Shown: one piece after another, positions 30,851 through 46,826 of the stretch
Layout: every line of letters starts with the position of its first letter
How positions within the stretch are numbered: the first letter of the stretch is position 1
NCBI GenBank assembly: GCA_964016885.1
Contig: OZ024744.1
Location: 14,756,001-14,820,000 of the forward strand
Source of the DNA: Eledone cirrhosa
Lineage: Eukaryota
Reading direction: 5' to 3'
DNA: 64,000 nucleotides
Notes under the pieces: model-generated
The model's input: the letters and a program-made list of their open reading frames with translations, nothing else
Databases searched by the model: none
Told to the model about the DNA's origin: nothing
Made by a program: the position numbers and the translations under genes

Positions 30851-32864
30851 TGTCTCTTACTTCTAACATATAACACTGTCTCTTACTTCTAACATATAAC
30901 ACTGTCTCTTACCTCTAACATATAACACTGTCTCTTCTAACATATAACACTGTCTCTCACTTCTAACATATAACACTGTCTCTTACTTCTAACATATAAA
31001 ATGTCTCTTACCTCTAACATATAGTACTGTGTCTTCTAACATATAACACTGTCTCTTACATCTAACATACAGCACTGTCTCTTACTTCGAACATATAACA
31101 CTGTCGCTTCTAACATATAACACTGTTTCTTATTTCTAACATATAACACTGTCTCTTACTTCTAACATATAACACTATCTCTAACCTCTAACATATAACA
31201 CTGTCTCTTACCTCTAACATATAACACTGTCTCTTACTTCTAACATATAACACTGTCTCTTACTTCTAACATATAACACTGTCTCTTCTAACATATAACA
31301 CTGTCTCTTACTTCTAAAATATAACACTGTCTCTTACTTCTGAAATATAACACTGTCTCTTACTTCGAACATATAAGACTGTGTCTTATTTCTTACATAT
31401 AACACTGTCTCTTACTTCTAACAAATAACACTATCTTTAACCTCTAACATATAACACTGTCTCTTACATCTAACATATAACACTGTCACTTACTTCTAAC
31501 ATATAACACTGTCTCTTACCTCTAACATATAACACTGTCTCTTACCTCTAACATATAACACTGTCTCTTACCTCTAATATATAACACTGTCTCTTACCTC
31601 TATCATATAACACTGTCTCTTACCTCTATCATATAACACTGTCTCTTACCTCTAACATATAACACTGTCTCTTCTAACATATAACACTGTCTCTAACTTC
31701 TAACATATAAAACTGTCTCTTACTTCTAACACATAAAACTGTCTCTTACCTCTAACATATAACAATGTGTCTTCTAACATATAACACTGTCTCTTACTTC
31801 TAACATATAACACTGTCTCTTACATCTAACATACAACACTGTCTCTTACTTCTAACATATAACACTGTCTCTTCTAACATATAAAACTGTCTCTAACTTC
31901 TAAAATATAACACTGTCTCTTACTTCTAACATATAACACTCTCTCTTACTTCTAAAATATAACACTGTCTCTTACTTCTAACATATAACACTATGTCTAA
32001 CCTCTAACATATAAGACTGCCTCTTACTTCTACCATATAACACTGTCTCTTACTTCTAAAATATAACACTCTCTCTTACCACTAACATATAACACTGACT
32101 CTTTCCTCTAACATATAACACCGTCTCTTACTTCTAACACATAACACTGTCTCTTACCTCTAACATATAACACTGTCTCTTACCTCTAACATATAACACT
32201 GTCTCTTACCTCTAACATATAACACTGTCTCTTACCTCTAATATATAACACTGTCTCTTACCTCTAACATATAACAATGTCTCTTACTTCTAACATATAA
32301 CACTGTCTCTTACTTCTAACATATAACACTGTCTCTTACTTCTAACATATAACACTGTCTCTTACTTCTAACATATAACACTGTCTCTTCTAAGATATAA
32401 CACTGTCTCTTACTACTAACATATAACACTGTCTCTCACTTCAAAAATATAACGCTGTCTCTTACTTCTAACATATAACACTGTCTCTTACTTCTAAAAT
32501 ATAACACTGTCTCTTACTTCTAACATATAACACTGTCTCTTACTTCTAAAATATAACACTATCTCTTACTTCTAAAATATAACACTGTCTCTTACTTCTA
32601 ACATATAACACTGTCCCTTACCTCTAACATATAACACTGTCTCTTCTAAGATATAACACTGTCTCTTACTTCTAACATACAACACTGTCTCTTACTTCTA
32701 ACATATAACACTGTCTCTTCAAACATATAACACTGTCTCTTACTTCTAACATATAACACTGTCTCTTACTTCTAACATATAACACTGCCTCTTACTTGTA
32801 ATATATAACACTGTCTCTTACCTCTAACATATAACACTGTCTCTTATTTCTAAAATATAACACT

Positions 32865-35800
32865 GTCTCTTACTTCTAAAATATAAAACTGTCTCTTACT
32901 TCTAAAATATAACAGTCTCTTACTTCTAACATATAACACTGTCTCTTACTTCTAACATATAACACTGTCTCTTACATCTAACATATAACACTGTCTCTTA
33001 CTTCTAACATATAACACTGTCTCTTACCTGTAACATATAACACTGTCTCTTACCTCTAACATATAACACTGTCTCTTACCACTAATATAAAACACTGTCT
33101 CTTACCTCTGACATATAACACTGTCTCTTACATCTATCATATAACACTGTCTCTTACCTCTAACATATAACACTGTCTCTTCTAACATATAACACTGTCT
33201 CTTACTTCTAACATATAACACTGTCTCTTACTTCTAACACATAAAACTGTCTCTTACCTCTAACATATAACAATGTGTCTTCTAACATATAACACTGTCT
33301 CTTACTTCTAACATATAACACTGTCTCTTACATCTAACATACAACACTGTCTCTTACTTCTAACATATAACACTGTCTCTTCTAACATATAAAACTGATC
33401 TTACTTCTAAAATATAACACTGTCCCTTACTTCTAACATATAACACTCTCTCTTACTTCGAAAATATAACACTGTCTCTTACTTCTAAAATATAACACTG
33501 TGTCTTACTTTTAAATATACCACTGTCTCTTACTTCTAAAATATAACAGTCTCTTACTTCGAACATATAACACTGTCTCTTATTTCTAACATATAACACT
33601 GTCTCTTACTTCTAACATATAACACTATGTCTAACCTCTAACATATAACACTGCCTCTTACTTCTACCATATAACACTGTCTCTTACTTCTAAAATATAA
33701 AACTGTCTCTTACCGCTAACATATAACACTGTCTCTTACCTCTAACATATAACACTGTCTCTTACTTCTAAAATATAACACAGTCTCTTACTTCTAAAAT
33801 ATAACAGTCTCTTACTTCTAACATATAACACTGTCTCTTAATTCTAACACATAACACTGTCTCTTACCTCTAACATATAACACTGTCTCTTACCTCTAAC
33901 ATATAACACTGTCTCTTAGCTCTAACATATAACACTGTCTCTTACCTCTAATATATAACACTGTCTCTTACCTCTAACATATAACACTGTCTCTTACTTC
34001 TAACATATAACACTGTATCTTACTTCTAACATATAACACTGTCTCTTACTTCTAACATATAACACTGTCTCTTACTTCTAACATATAAAACTGTCTCTTA
34101 CCTCTAACATATAACACTGTCTCTTACTTCTAACATATAACACTGTCTCTTACATCTAACATACAACACTGTCTCTTACTTCTAACATATAACAATGTCT
34201 CTTCTAACATATAACACTGTATCTTACTTCTAAAATATAACACTGTCTCTTACCTCTAACATATAACACTGTCTCTTACTTCTAACATATAACACTGTCT
34301 CTTACTTCTAACATATAACACTGTCTCTTACTTCTAACATATAACACTGTCTCTTACTTCTAACATATAAAACTGTCTCTTACCTCTAACATATAACACT
34401 GTCTCTTACTTCTAACATATAACACTGTCTCTTACATCTAACATACAACACTGTCTCTTACTTCTAACATATAACACTGTCTCTTACTTCTAACATATAA
34501 CACTGTCTCTCACTTCTAAAATATAACACTGTCTCTTACTTCTAACATATACACTGTCCCTTACCTCTAACATATAACACTGTCTCTCACTTCTAAAATA
34601 TAACACTGTCTCTTACTTCTAACATATAACACTGTTTCCTACTTCTAAAATATAACACTGTCTCTTACTTCTAAAATATAACACTGTCTCTTACCTCTAA
34701 CATATAACACTGTCTCTTACATCTAACATATAACACTGTCTCTTACATCAAACATATAACACTGTCTCTTACTTCTAACATATAACACTGTCTCTTACTT
34801 CTAACATTTAACACTGTCTCTTACTTCTAATATTATAACACTGTCTCTTACTTCTAACATATAACACTGTCTCTTACTTCTAACATATAACACTGTATAT
34901 TACTTCTAAAACATAACACTGTCTCTTACTTCTAACATACAACACTGTCTCTTACTTCTAACATATAACACTGTCTCTACTAACATATAACACTGTCTCT
35001 TACTTCTAACATATAACACTGTCTCTTACTTCTAACATATAACACTGTCTATTACTTCTAAAACATAACACTGTCTCTTACTTCTAACAAACAACACTGT
35101 CTCTTACTTCTAACAGATAACACTGTCTGTTCTAACATATAACACTGTATCTTACTTCTAAATTATAACACTGTCTCTTACTTCTAAAATATAACACTGT
35201 CTCTTACTTCTAAAATATAACTCTGTCTCTTACTTCTAAAATATAACACTGTCTCTTACTTCTAACATATAACACTGTCTCTTACTTCTAACATATAACA
35301 CTATCTCTAACCTCTAACATATAACACTGTCTCTTACTTCTAACATATAACACTGTCTCTTACTTCTAAAATATAACACTGTCTCTTACTTCTAAAATAT
35401 AACACTGTCTCTTACTTCTAAAATATAACTCTGTCTCTTACTTCTAAAATATAACACTGTCTCTTACTTCTAACATATAACACTGTCTCTTACTTCTAAC
35501 ATATAACACTATCTCTAACCTCTAACATATAACACTGTCTCTTACTTCTAACATATAACACTGTCTCTTACTTCTAACATATAACACTGTCTCCTACTTC
35601 TAAAATATAACACTGTCTCTTACTTCTAAAATATAACACTGTCTCTTACTTCTAAAATATAACACTGTCTCTTACTTCTAAAATATAACACTGTCTCTTA
35701 CTTCTGAAATATAACTCTGTCTCTTACTTCTAACATATAACACTGTCTCTTACTTCTAACATATAACACTATCTCTAACCTCTAACATATAACACTGTCT

Positions 35801-38800
35801 CTTACTTCTAACATATAACACTGTCTCTTACTTCTAAAATATAACACTGTCTCTTACCTCAAACATATAACACTGTCTCTTACCTCTAACCTATAACACT
35901 GTCACTTACCTCTAACATATAACACTGTCTCTTACTTCTAAAATATAACACTGTCTCTTACTCCTAAAATATAACGCTGTCTCTTATCTCTAACATATAA
36001 CACTGTCTCTTCCTTCTAACATATAACACTGTCACTTACTTCTAAAATATAACACTGTCTCTGACCTCTAACATATAACACTGTCTCTTCTAAGATATAA
36101 CACTGTCTCTTACTTCTAACATATAACACTGTCTCTCACTTCTAAAATATAACACTGTCTCTTACTTCTAACATATAACACTGTACCTTACCTCTAACAT
36201 ATAACACTGTCTCTTACTTCTAAAATATAACACTGTCTCTTACTTCTAAAATATAACACTGTCTCTTACTTCTAAAATATAACTCTGTCTCTTACTTCTA
36301 ACATATAACACTGTCTCTTACTTCTAACATATAACACTATCTCTAACCTCTAACATATAACACTGTCTCTTACTTCTAACATATAACACTGTCTCTTACT
36401 TCTAAAATATAACACTGTCTCTTACCTCTAACATATAACACTGTCTCTTACCTCTAACATATAACACTGTCACTTACCTCTAACATATAACACTGTCTCT
36501 TACTTCTAAAATATAACACTGTCTCTTACTTCTAAAATATAACGCTGTCTCTTATCTCTAACATATAACACTGTCTCTTCCTTCTAACATAAAACACTGC
36601 CTCTTACTTGTAATATATAACACTGTCTCTTACCTCTAACATATAACACTGTCTCTTATTTCTAAAATATAACACTGTCTCTTACTTCCAACATATAACA
36701 CTGTCTCTTACCTCTAACATATAACACTGTCTCTTACCTCTAACATATAACACTGTCACTTACTTCTAAAATATAACACTGTCTCTTACCTCTAACATAT
36801 ACCACTGTCTCTTCTAACATATAACACTGTCTCTTACTTCTAACATATAACACTGTCTCTTACTTCTAACATATAAAACTGTCTCTTACCTCTAACATAT
36901 AACACTGTCTCTTACCTCTAACATATAACACTGTCACTTACTTCTAAAATATAACACTGTCTCTTACCTCTAACATATAACACTGTCTCTTCTAAGATAT
37001 AACACTGTCTCTTACTTCTAACATATAACACTGTCTCTCACTTCTAAAATATAACACTGTCTCTTACTTCTAACATATAACACTGTCCCTTACCTCTAAC
37101 ATATAACACTGTCTCTTACTTCTAAAATATAACACTGTCTCTTACTTCTAACATATAACACTGTCTCTTACTTCTAACATATAACACTGTCTCTTACTTC
37201 TAACATATAACACTGTCTATTACTTCTAAATCATAACACTGTCTCTTACTTCTAACATATAACACTGTCTCTTACTTCTAAGATACAACACTGTCTTTTA
37301 CTTCTAACATATAACACTGTCTATTACTTCTAACATATAACACTCTCTCTTACTTCTAACATATAACACTGTCTCTTACCTCTAACATATAACACTGCCT
37401 CTTCTAACATATAACACTGTCTCTTACTTCTAACATATAACACTGTCTCTTACTTCTAACATATAAATCTGTCTCTTACCTCTAACATATAACACTGTCT
37501 CTTACCTCTAACATATAACACTGTCTCTTACCTCTAATATATAACACAGTCTCTTACCTCTAACATATAACACTGTCTCTTACTTCTAACATATAACACT
37601 GTCTCTTACTTCTAAGATACAACACTGTCTTTTACTTCTAACATATAACACTGTCTATTACTTCTAACATATAACACTCTCTCTTACTTCTAACATATAA
37701 CACTGTCTCTTACCTCTAACATATAACACTGCCTCTTCTAACATATAACACTGTCTCTTACTTCTAACATATAACACTGTCTCTTACTTCTAACATATAA
37801 AACTGTCTCTTACCTCTAACATATAACACTGTCTCTTACCTCTAACATATAACACTGTCTCTTACCTCTAATATATAACACAGTCTCTTACTTCTAAAAT
37901 ATAAAACTGTCTCTTACTTCTAAAATATAACAGTCTCTTACTTCTAACATATAACACTGTCTCTTACTTCTAACATATAACACTGTCTCTTACATCTAAC
38001 ATATAACACTGTCTCTTACTTCTAACATATAACACTGTCTCTTACCTCTAACATATAACACTGTCCCTTACCTCTAACATATAACACTGTCTCTTACCAC
38101 TAATATAAAACACTGTCTCTTACCTCTGACATATAACACTGTCTCTTACATCTATCATATAACACTGTCTCTTACCTCTAACATATAACACTGTCTCTTC
38201 TAACATATAACACTGTCTCTTACTTCTAACATATAACACTGTCTCTTACTTCTAACACATAAAACTGTCTCTTACCTCTAACATATAACAATGCGTCTTC
38301 TAACATATAACACTGTCTCTTACTTCTAACATATAACACTGTCTCTTACATCTAACATACAACACTGTCTCTTACTTCTAACATATAACACTGTCTCTTC
38401 TAACATATAAAACTGATCTTACTTCTAAAATATAACACTGTCGCTTACTTCTAACATATAACACTCTCTCTTACTTCTAAAATATAACACTGTCTCTTAC
38501 TTCTAAAATATAACACTGTGTCTTACTTTTAAATATTCCACTGTCTCTTACTTCTAAAATATAACAGTCTCTTACTTCGAACATATAACACTGTCTCTTA
38601 TTTCTAACATATAACACTGTCTCTTACTTCTAACATATAACACTATGTCTAACCTCTAACATATAACACTGCCTCTTACTTCTACCATATAACACTGTCT
38701 CTTACTTCTAAAATATAAAACTGTCTCTTACCGCTAACATATAACACTGTCTCTTACCTCTAACATATAACACTGTCTCTTACTTCTAAAATATAACACA

Positions 38801-39975
38801 GTCTCTTACTTCTAAAATATAACACTGTCTCTTACTTCTAACATATAACACTGTCTCTTAATTCTAACACATAACACTGTCTCTTACCTCTAACATATAA
38901 CACTGTCTCTTACCTCTAACATATAACACTGTCTCTTAGCTCTAACATATAACACTGTCTCTTACCTCTAATATATAACACTGTCTCTTACCTCTAACAT
39001 ATAACACTGTCTCTTACTTCTAACATATAACACTGTATCTTACTTCTAACATATAACACTGTCTCTTACTTCTAACATATAACACTGTCTCTTACTTCTA
39101 ACATATAAAACTGTCTCTTACCTCTAACATATAACACTGTCTCTTACTTCTAACATATAACACTGTCTCTTACATCTAACATACAACACTGTCTCTTACT
39201 TCTAACATATAACACTGTCTCTTCTAACATATAACACTGTATCTTACTTCTAAAATATAACACTGTCTCTTACCTCTAACATATAACACTGTCTCTTACT
39301 TCTAACATATAACACTGTCTCTTACTTCTAACATATAACACTGTCTCTTACTTCTAACATATAAAACTGTCTCTTACCTCTAACATATAACACTGTCTCT
39401 TACTTCTAACATATAACACTGTCTCTTACATCTAACATACAACACTGTCTCTTACTTCTAACATATAACACTGTCTCTTACTTCTAACATATAACACTGT
39501 CTCTCACTTCTAAAATATAACACTGTCTCTTACTTCTAACATATACACTGTCCCTTACCTCTAACATATAACACTGTCTCTCACTTCTAAAATATAACAC
39601 TGTCTCTTACTTCTAACATATAACACTGTTTCCTACTTCTAAAATATAACACTGTCTCTTACTTCTAAAATATAACACTGTCTCTTACCTCTAACATATA
39701 ACACTGTCTCTTACATCTAACATATAACACTGTCTCTTACTTCTAACATATAACACTGTCTCTTACTTCTAACATTTAACACTGTCTCTTACTTCTAATA
39801 TTATAACACTGTCTCTTACTTCTAACATATAACACTGTCTCTTACTTCTAACATATAACACTGTATATTACTTCTAAAACATAACACTGTCTCTTACTTC
39901 TAACATACAACACTGTCTCTTACTTCTAACATATAACACTGTCTCTACTAACATATAACACTGTCTCTTACTTCT
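32865..39975. repeat. Duplication with ~5.0-kb offset (~32865-35000 repeated at ~37883-39975; also seen at 58.1 kb/63.1 kb)
   Basis: 24-bp 'cagtctcttac' 32913/37931 and 'actaatataaaacac' 33081/38099 (5018); 'tattataa' 34831/39799 (4968). Confidence 0.85.
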
Positions 39976-42900
39976 AAAATATAACACTGTCTCTTACTTC
40001 TAAAATATAACACTGTCTCTTACTTCTAAAATATAACTCTGTCTCTTACTTCTAAAATATAACACTGTCTCTTACTTCTAACATATAACACTCTCTCTTA
40101 CTTCTAAAATATAACACTGTCTCTCACTTCTAAAATATAACACTGCGTCTTACTTTTAAATATAATATTGTCTCTTACTTCTAAAATATAACACTGTCTC
40201 TTACTTCTAACATATAACACTGTCTCCTACTTCTAAAATATAACACTGTCTCTTACTTCTAAAATATAACACTGTCTCTTACTTCTAAAATATAACACTG
40301 TCTCTTACTTCTAAAATATAACACTGTCTCTTACTTCTGAAATATAACTCTGTCTCTTACTTCTAACATATAACACTGTCTCTTACTTCTAACATATAAC
40401 ACTATCTCTAACCTCTAACATATAACACTGTCTCTTACTTCTAACATATAACACTGTCTCTTACTTCTAAAATATAACACTGTCTCTTACCTCAAACATA
40501 TAACACTGTCTCTTACCTCTAACCTATAACACTGTCACTTACCTCTAACATATAACACTGTCTCTTACTTCTAAAATATAACACTGTCTCTTACTCCTAA
40601 AATATAACGCTGTCTCTTATCTCTAACATATAACACTGTCTCTTCCTTCTAACATAAAACACTGCCTCTTACTTGTAATATATAACACTGTCTCTTACCT
40701 CTAACATATAACACTGTCTCTTATTTCTAAAATATAACACTGTCTCTTACTTCCAACATATAACACTGTCTCTTACCTCTAACATATAACACTGTCTCTT
40801 ACCTCTAACATATAACACTGTCACTTACTTCTAAAATATAACACTGTCTCTTACCTCTAACATATACCACTGTCTCTTCTAACATATAACACTGTCTCTT
40901 ACTTCTAACATATAACACTGTCTCTTACTTCTAACATATAAAACTGTCTCTTACCTCTAACATATAACACTGTCTCTTACCTCTAACATATAACACTGTC
41001 ACTTACTTCTAAAATATAACACTGTCTCTTACCTCTAACATATAACACTGTCTCTTCTAAGATATAACACTGTCTCTTACTTCTAACATATAACACTGTC
41101 TCTCACTTCTAAAATATAACACTGTCTCTTACTTCTAACATATAACACTGTCCCTTACCTCTAACATATAACACTGTCTCTTACTTCTAAAATATAACAC
41201 TGTCTCTTACTTCTAACATATAACACTGTCTCTTACTTCTAACATATAACACTGTCTCTTACTTCTAACATATAACACTGTCTATTACTTCTAAATCATA
41301 ACACTGTCTCTTACTTCTAACATATAACACTGTCTCTTACTTCTAAGATACAACACTGTCTTTTACTTCTAACATATAACACTGTCTATTACTTCTAACA
41401 TATAACACTCTCTCTTACTTCTAACATATAACACTGTCTCTTACCTCTAACATATAACACTGCCTCTTCTAACATATAACACTGTCTCTTACTTCTAAGA
41501 TACAACACTGTCTTTTACTTCTAACATATAACACTGTCTCTTACTTCTAACATATAAAACTGTCTCTTACCTCTAACATATAACACTGTCTCTTACCTCT
41601 AACATATAACACTGTCTCTTACCTCTAATATATAACAGTCTCTTACCTCTAACATATAACACTGTCTCTTACATCTAACATATAACACTGTCTCTTACTT
41701 CTAACATATAACACTGTCTCTTACCTCTAATATATAACACTGTCTCTTACCTCTAACATATAACACTGTCTCTTACATCTAACATATAACACTGTCTCTT
41801 ACTTCTAACATATAACACTGTCTCTTACCTCTAACATATAACACTGTCTCTTACATCTAACATATAACACTGTCTCTTACATCTAACATATAACACTGTC
41901 TCTTACGTCTAACATATAACACTGTCTCTTACCTCTAACATATAACACTGTCTCTTACCTCTAACATTTAACACTGTCTCTTACCTCTAATATATAACAC
42001 TGTCTCTTACCTCTAACATATAACACTGTCTCTTACTTCTAACATATAACACTGTATCTTACTTCTAACATATAACACTGTCTCTTACTTCTAACATATA
42101 ACACTGTCTCTTACTTCTAACATACAACACTGTCTCTTACTTCTAACATATAACACTGTCTCTACTAACATATAACACTGTCTCTTACTTCTAACATATA
42201 ACACTGTCTCTTACTTCTAACATATAACACTGTCTATTACTTCTAAAACATAACACTGTCTCTTACTTCTAACAAACAACAGTGTCTCTTACTTCTAACA
42301 GATAACACTGTCTGTTCTAACATATAACACTGTATCTTACTTCTAAAATATAACACTGTCTCTTACTTCCAACATATAACACTCTCTCTTACTTCTAAAA
42401 TATAACACTGTCTCTCACTTCTAAAATATAACACTGCGTCTTACTTTTAAATATAATATTGTCTCTTACTTCTAAAATATAACACTGTCTCTTACTTCTA
42501 ACATATAACACTGTCTCCTACTTCTAAAATATAACACTGTCTCTTACTTCTAAAATATGACACTGTCTCTTACTTCTGAAATATAACTCTGTCTCTTACT
42601 TCTAACATATAACACTGTCTCTTACTTCTAACATATAACACTATCTCTAACCTCTAACATATAACACTGTCTCTTACTTCTAACATATAACACTGTCTCT
42701 TACTTCTAAAATATAACACTGTCTCTTACCTCAAACATATAACACTGTCTCTTACCTCTAACCTATAACACTGTCACTTACCTCTAACATATAACACTGT
42801 CTCTTACTTCTAAAATATAACACTGTCTCTTACTCCTAAAATGTAACGCTGTCTCTTATCTCTAACATATAACACTGTCTCTTCCTTCTAACATATAACA

Positions 42901-45900
42901 CTGCCTCTTACTTGTAATATATAACACTGTCTCTTACCTCTAACATATAACACTGTCTCTTATTTCTAAAATATAACACTGTCTCTTACTTCCAACATAT
43001 AACACTGTCTCTTACCTCTAACATATAACACTGTCAATTACTTCTAAAATATAACACTGTCTCTTACCTCTAACATATAACACTGTCTCTTCTAAGATAT
43101 AACACTGTCTCTTACTTCTAACATATAACACTGTCTCTCACTTCTAAAATATAACACTGTCTCTTACTTCTAACATATAACACTGTCCCTTACCTCTAAC
43201 ATATAACACTGTCTCTTACTTCTAAAATATAACACTGTCTCTTACTTCTAAAATATAACACTGTCTCTTACTTCTAAAATATAACTCTGTCTCTTACCTC
43301 TAACATATAACACTCTCTCTTACCTCTAACATATAACACTGTCACTTACTTCTAAAATATAACACTGTCTCTTACCTCTAACATATACCACTGTCTCTTC
43401 TAACATATAACACTGTCTCTTACTTCTAACATATAACACTGTCTCTTACTTCTAACATATAAAACTGTCTCTTACCTCTAACATATAACACTGTCTCTTA
43501 CCTCTAACATATAACACTGTCACTTACTTCTAAAATATAACACTGTCTCTTACCTCTAACATATAACACTGTCTCTTCTAAGATATAACACTGTCTCTTA
43601 CTTCTAACATATAACACTGTCTCTTACTTCTAACATATAACACTGTCTATTACTTCTAAATCATAACACTGTCTCTTACTTCTAACATATAACACTGTCT
43701 CTTACTTCTAAGATACAACACTGTCTCTTACTTCTAACATATAACACTGTCTATTACTTCTAACATATAACACTCTCTCTTACTTCTAACATATAACACT
43801 GTCTCTTACCTCTAACATATAACACTGTCTCTTACTTCTAACATATAACACTGTCTCTTACTTCGAACATATAACACTGTTTCTTATTTCTAACATATAA
43901 CACTGTCTCTTACTTCTAACATATAACACTATCTCTAACCTCTAACATATAACACTGTCTCTTACTTCTAACATATAACACTGTCGCTTACTTCTAACAT
44001 ATAACACTGTCTCTTCTAACATATAACACTGTCTCTTACTTCTAAAATATAACACTGTCTCTTACTTCTAAAATATAACACTGTCTCTTACTTCGAACAT
44101 ATAACACTGTGTCTTATTTCTTACATATAACACTGTCTCTTACTTCTAACATATAACACTATCTTTAACCTCTAACATATAACACTGTCTCTTACATCTA
44201 ACATATAACACTGTCACTTCCTTCTAACATATAACACTGTCTCTTACCTCTAACATATAACACTGTCTCTTACCTCTAACATATAACACTGTCTCTTACC
44301 TCTAACGTATAACACTGTCTCTTACCTCTATCATATAACACTGTCTCTTACCTCTATCATATAACACTGTCTCTTACCTCTAACATATAACACTGTCTCT
44401 TCTAACATATAACACTGTCTCTTACTTCTAACATATAAAACTGTCTCTTACTTCTAACACATAAAACTGTCTCTTACCTCTAACATATAACAATGTGTCT
44501 TCTAACATATAACACTGTCTCTTACTTCTAACATATAACACTGTCTCTTACATCTAACATACAACACTGTCTCTTACTTCTAACATATAACACTGTCTCT
44601 TCTAACATATAAAACAGTCTCTTACTTCTAAAATATAACACTGTCTCTTACTTCTAACATATAACACTCTCTCTTACTTCTAAAATATAACACTGTCTCT
44701 TCCTTCTAAAATATAACACTGTGTCTTACTTTTAAATATACCACTGTCTCATACTTCTAAAATATAACACTGTCTCTTACTTCGAACATATAACACTGTC
44801 TCTTATTTCTAACATATAACACTGTCTCTTACTTCTAACATATAACACTATGTCTAACCTCTAACATATAACACTGCCTCTTACTTCTACCATATAACAC
44901 TGTCTCTTACTTCTAAAATATAACACTGTCTCTTACCGCTAACATATAACACTGACTCTTTCCTCTAACATATAACACCGTCTCTTACTTCTAACACATA
45001 ACACTGTCTCTTACCTCTAACATATAACACTGTCTCTTACCTATAACATATAACACTGTCTCTTACCTCTAACATATAACACTGTCTCTTACCTCTAATA
45101 TATAACACTGTCTCTTACCTCTAACATATAACAATGTCTCTTACTTCTAACATATAACACTGTCTCTTACTTCTAACATATAACACTGTCTCTTACTTCT
45201 AACATATAACACTGTCTCTTCTAAGATATAACACTGTCTCTTACTTCTAACATATAACACTGTCTCTCACTTCAAAAATATAACGCTGTCTCTTACTTCT
45301 AGCATATAACACTGTCTCTTACTTCTAAAATATAACACTGTCTCTTACTTCTAACATATAACACTGTCTCTTACTTCTAAAATATAACACTATCTCTTAC
45401 TTCTAAAATATAACACTGTCTCTTACTTCTAACATATAACACTGTCCCTTACCTCTAACATATAACACTGTCTCTTCTAAGATACAACACTGTCTCTTAC
45501 TTCTAACATACAACACTGTCTCTTACTTCTAACATATAACACTGTCTCTTCTAACATATAACACTGTCTCTTACTTCTAACATATAACACTGTCTCTTAC
45601 TTCTAACATATAACACTGCCTCTTACTTGTAATATATAACACTGTCTCTTACCTCTAACATATAACACTGTCTCTTATTTCTAACATATAACACTGTCTC
45701 TTATTTCTAAAATATAACACTGTCTCTTACTTCTAAAATATAAAACTGTCTCTTACTTCTAAAATATAAAACTGTCTCTTACTTCTAAAATATAACACTG
45801 TCTCTTACTTCTAACATATAACACTGACTCTTACTTCTAACATATAACACTGTCTCTTACATCTAACATATAACACTGTCTCTTACTTCTAACATATAAC

Positions 45901-46826
45901 ACTGTCTCTTACCTCTGACATATAACACTGTCTCTTACATCTATCATATAACACTGTCTCTTCCTTCTAACATATAACACTGCCTCTTACTTGTAATATA
46001 TAACACTGTCTCTTACCTCTAACATATAACACTGTCTCTTATTTCTAAAATATAACACTGTCTCTTACTTCCAACATATAACACTGTCTCTTACCTCTAA
46101 CATATAACACTGTCTCTTACATCTAACATATAACACTGTCACTTACTTCTAACATATAACACTGTCTCTTACCTCTAACATATAACACTGTCTCTTACTT
46201 CTAACATATAACACTGTCTCTTACCTCTAACATATAACACTGTCTCTTCTAACATATAACACTGTCTCTCACTTCTAACATATAACACTGTCTCTTACTT
46301 CTAACATATAAAATGTCTCTTACCTCTAACATATAGTACTGTGTCTTCTAACATATAACACTGTCTCTTACATCTAACATACAACACTGTCTCTTACATC
46401 TATCATATAACACTGTCTCTTCCTTCTAACATATAACACTGCCTCTTACTTGTAATATATAACACTGTCTCTTACCTCTAACATATAACACTGTCTCTTC
46501 TAAGATATAACACTGTCTCTTACTTCTAACATATAACACTGTCTCTCACTTCTAAAATATAACACTGTCTCTTACTTCTAACATATAACACTGTCTCTTA
46601 CCTCTAACATATAACACTGTCTCTTCTAACATATAACACTGTCTCTTACTTCTAAAATATAACACTGTCTCTTACTTCTAAAATATAACACTGTCTCTTA
46701 CTTCGAACATATAACACTGTGTCTTATTTCTTACATATAACACTGTCTCTTACTTCTAACATATAACACTATCTTTAACCTCTAACATATAACACTGTCT
46801 CTTACATCTAACATATAACACTGTCA

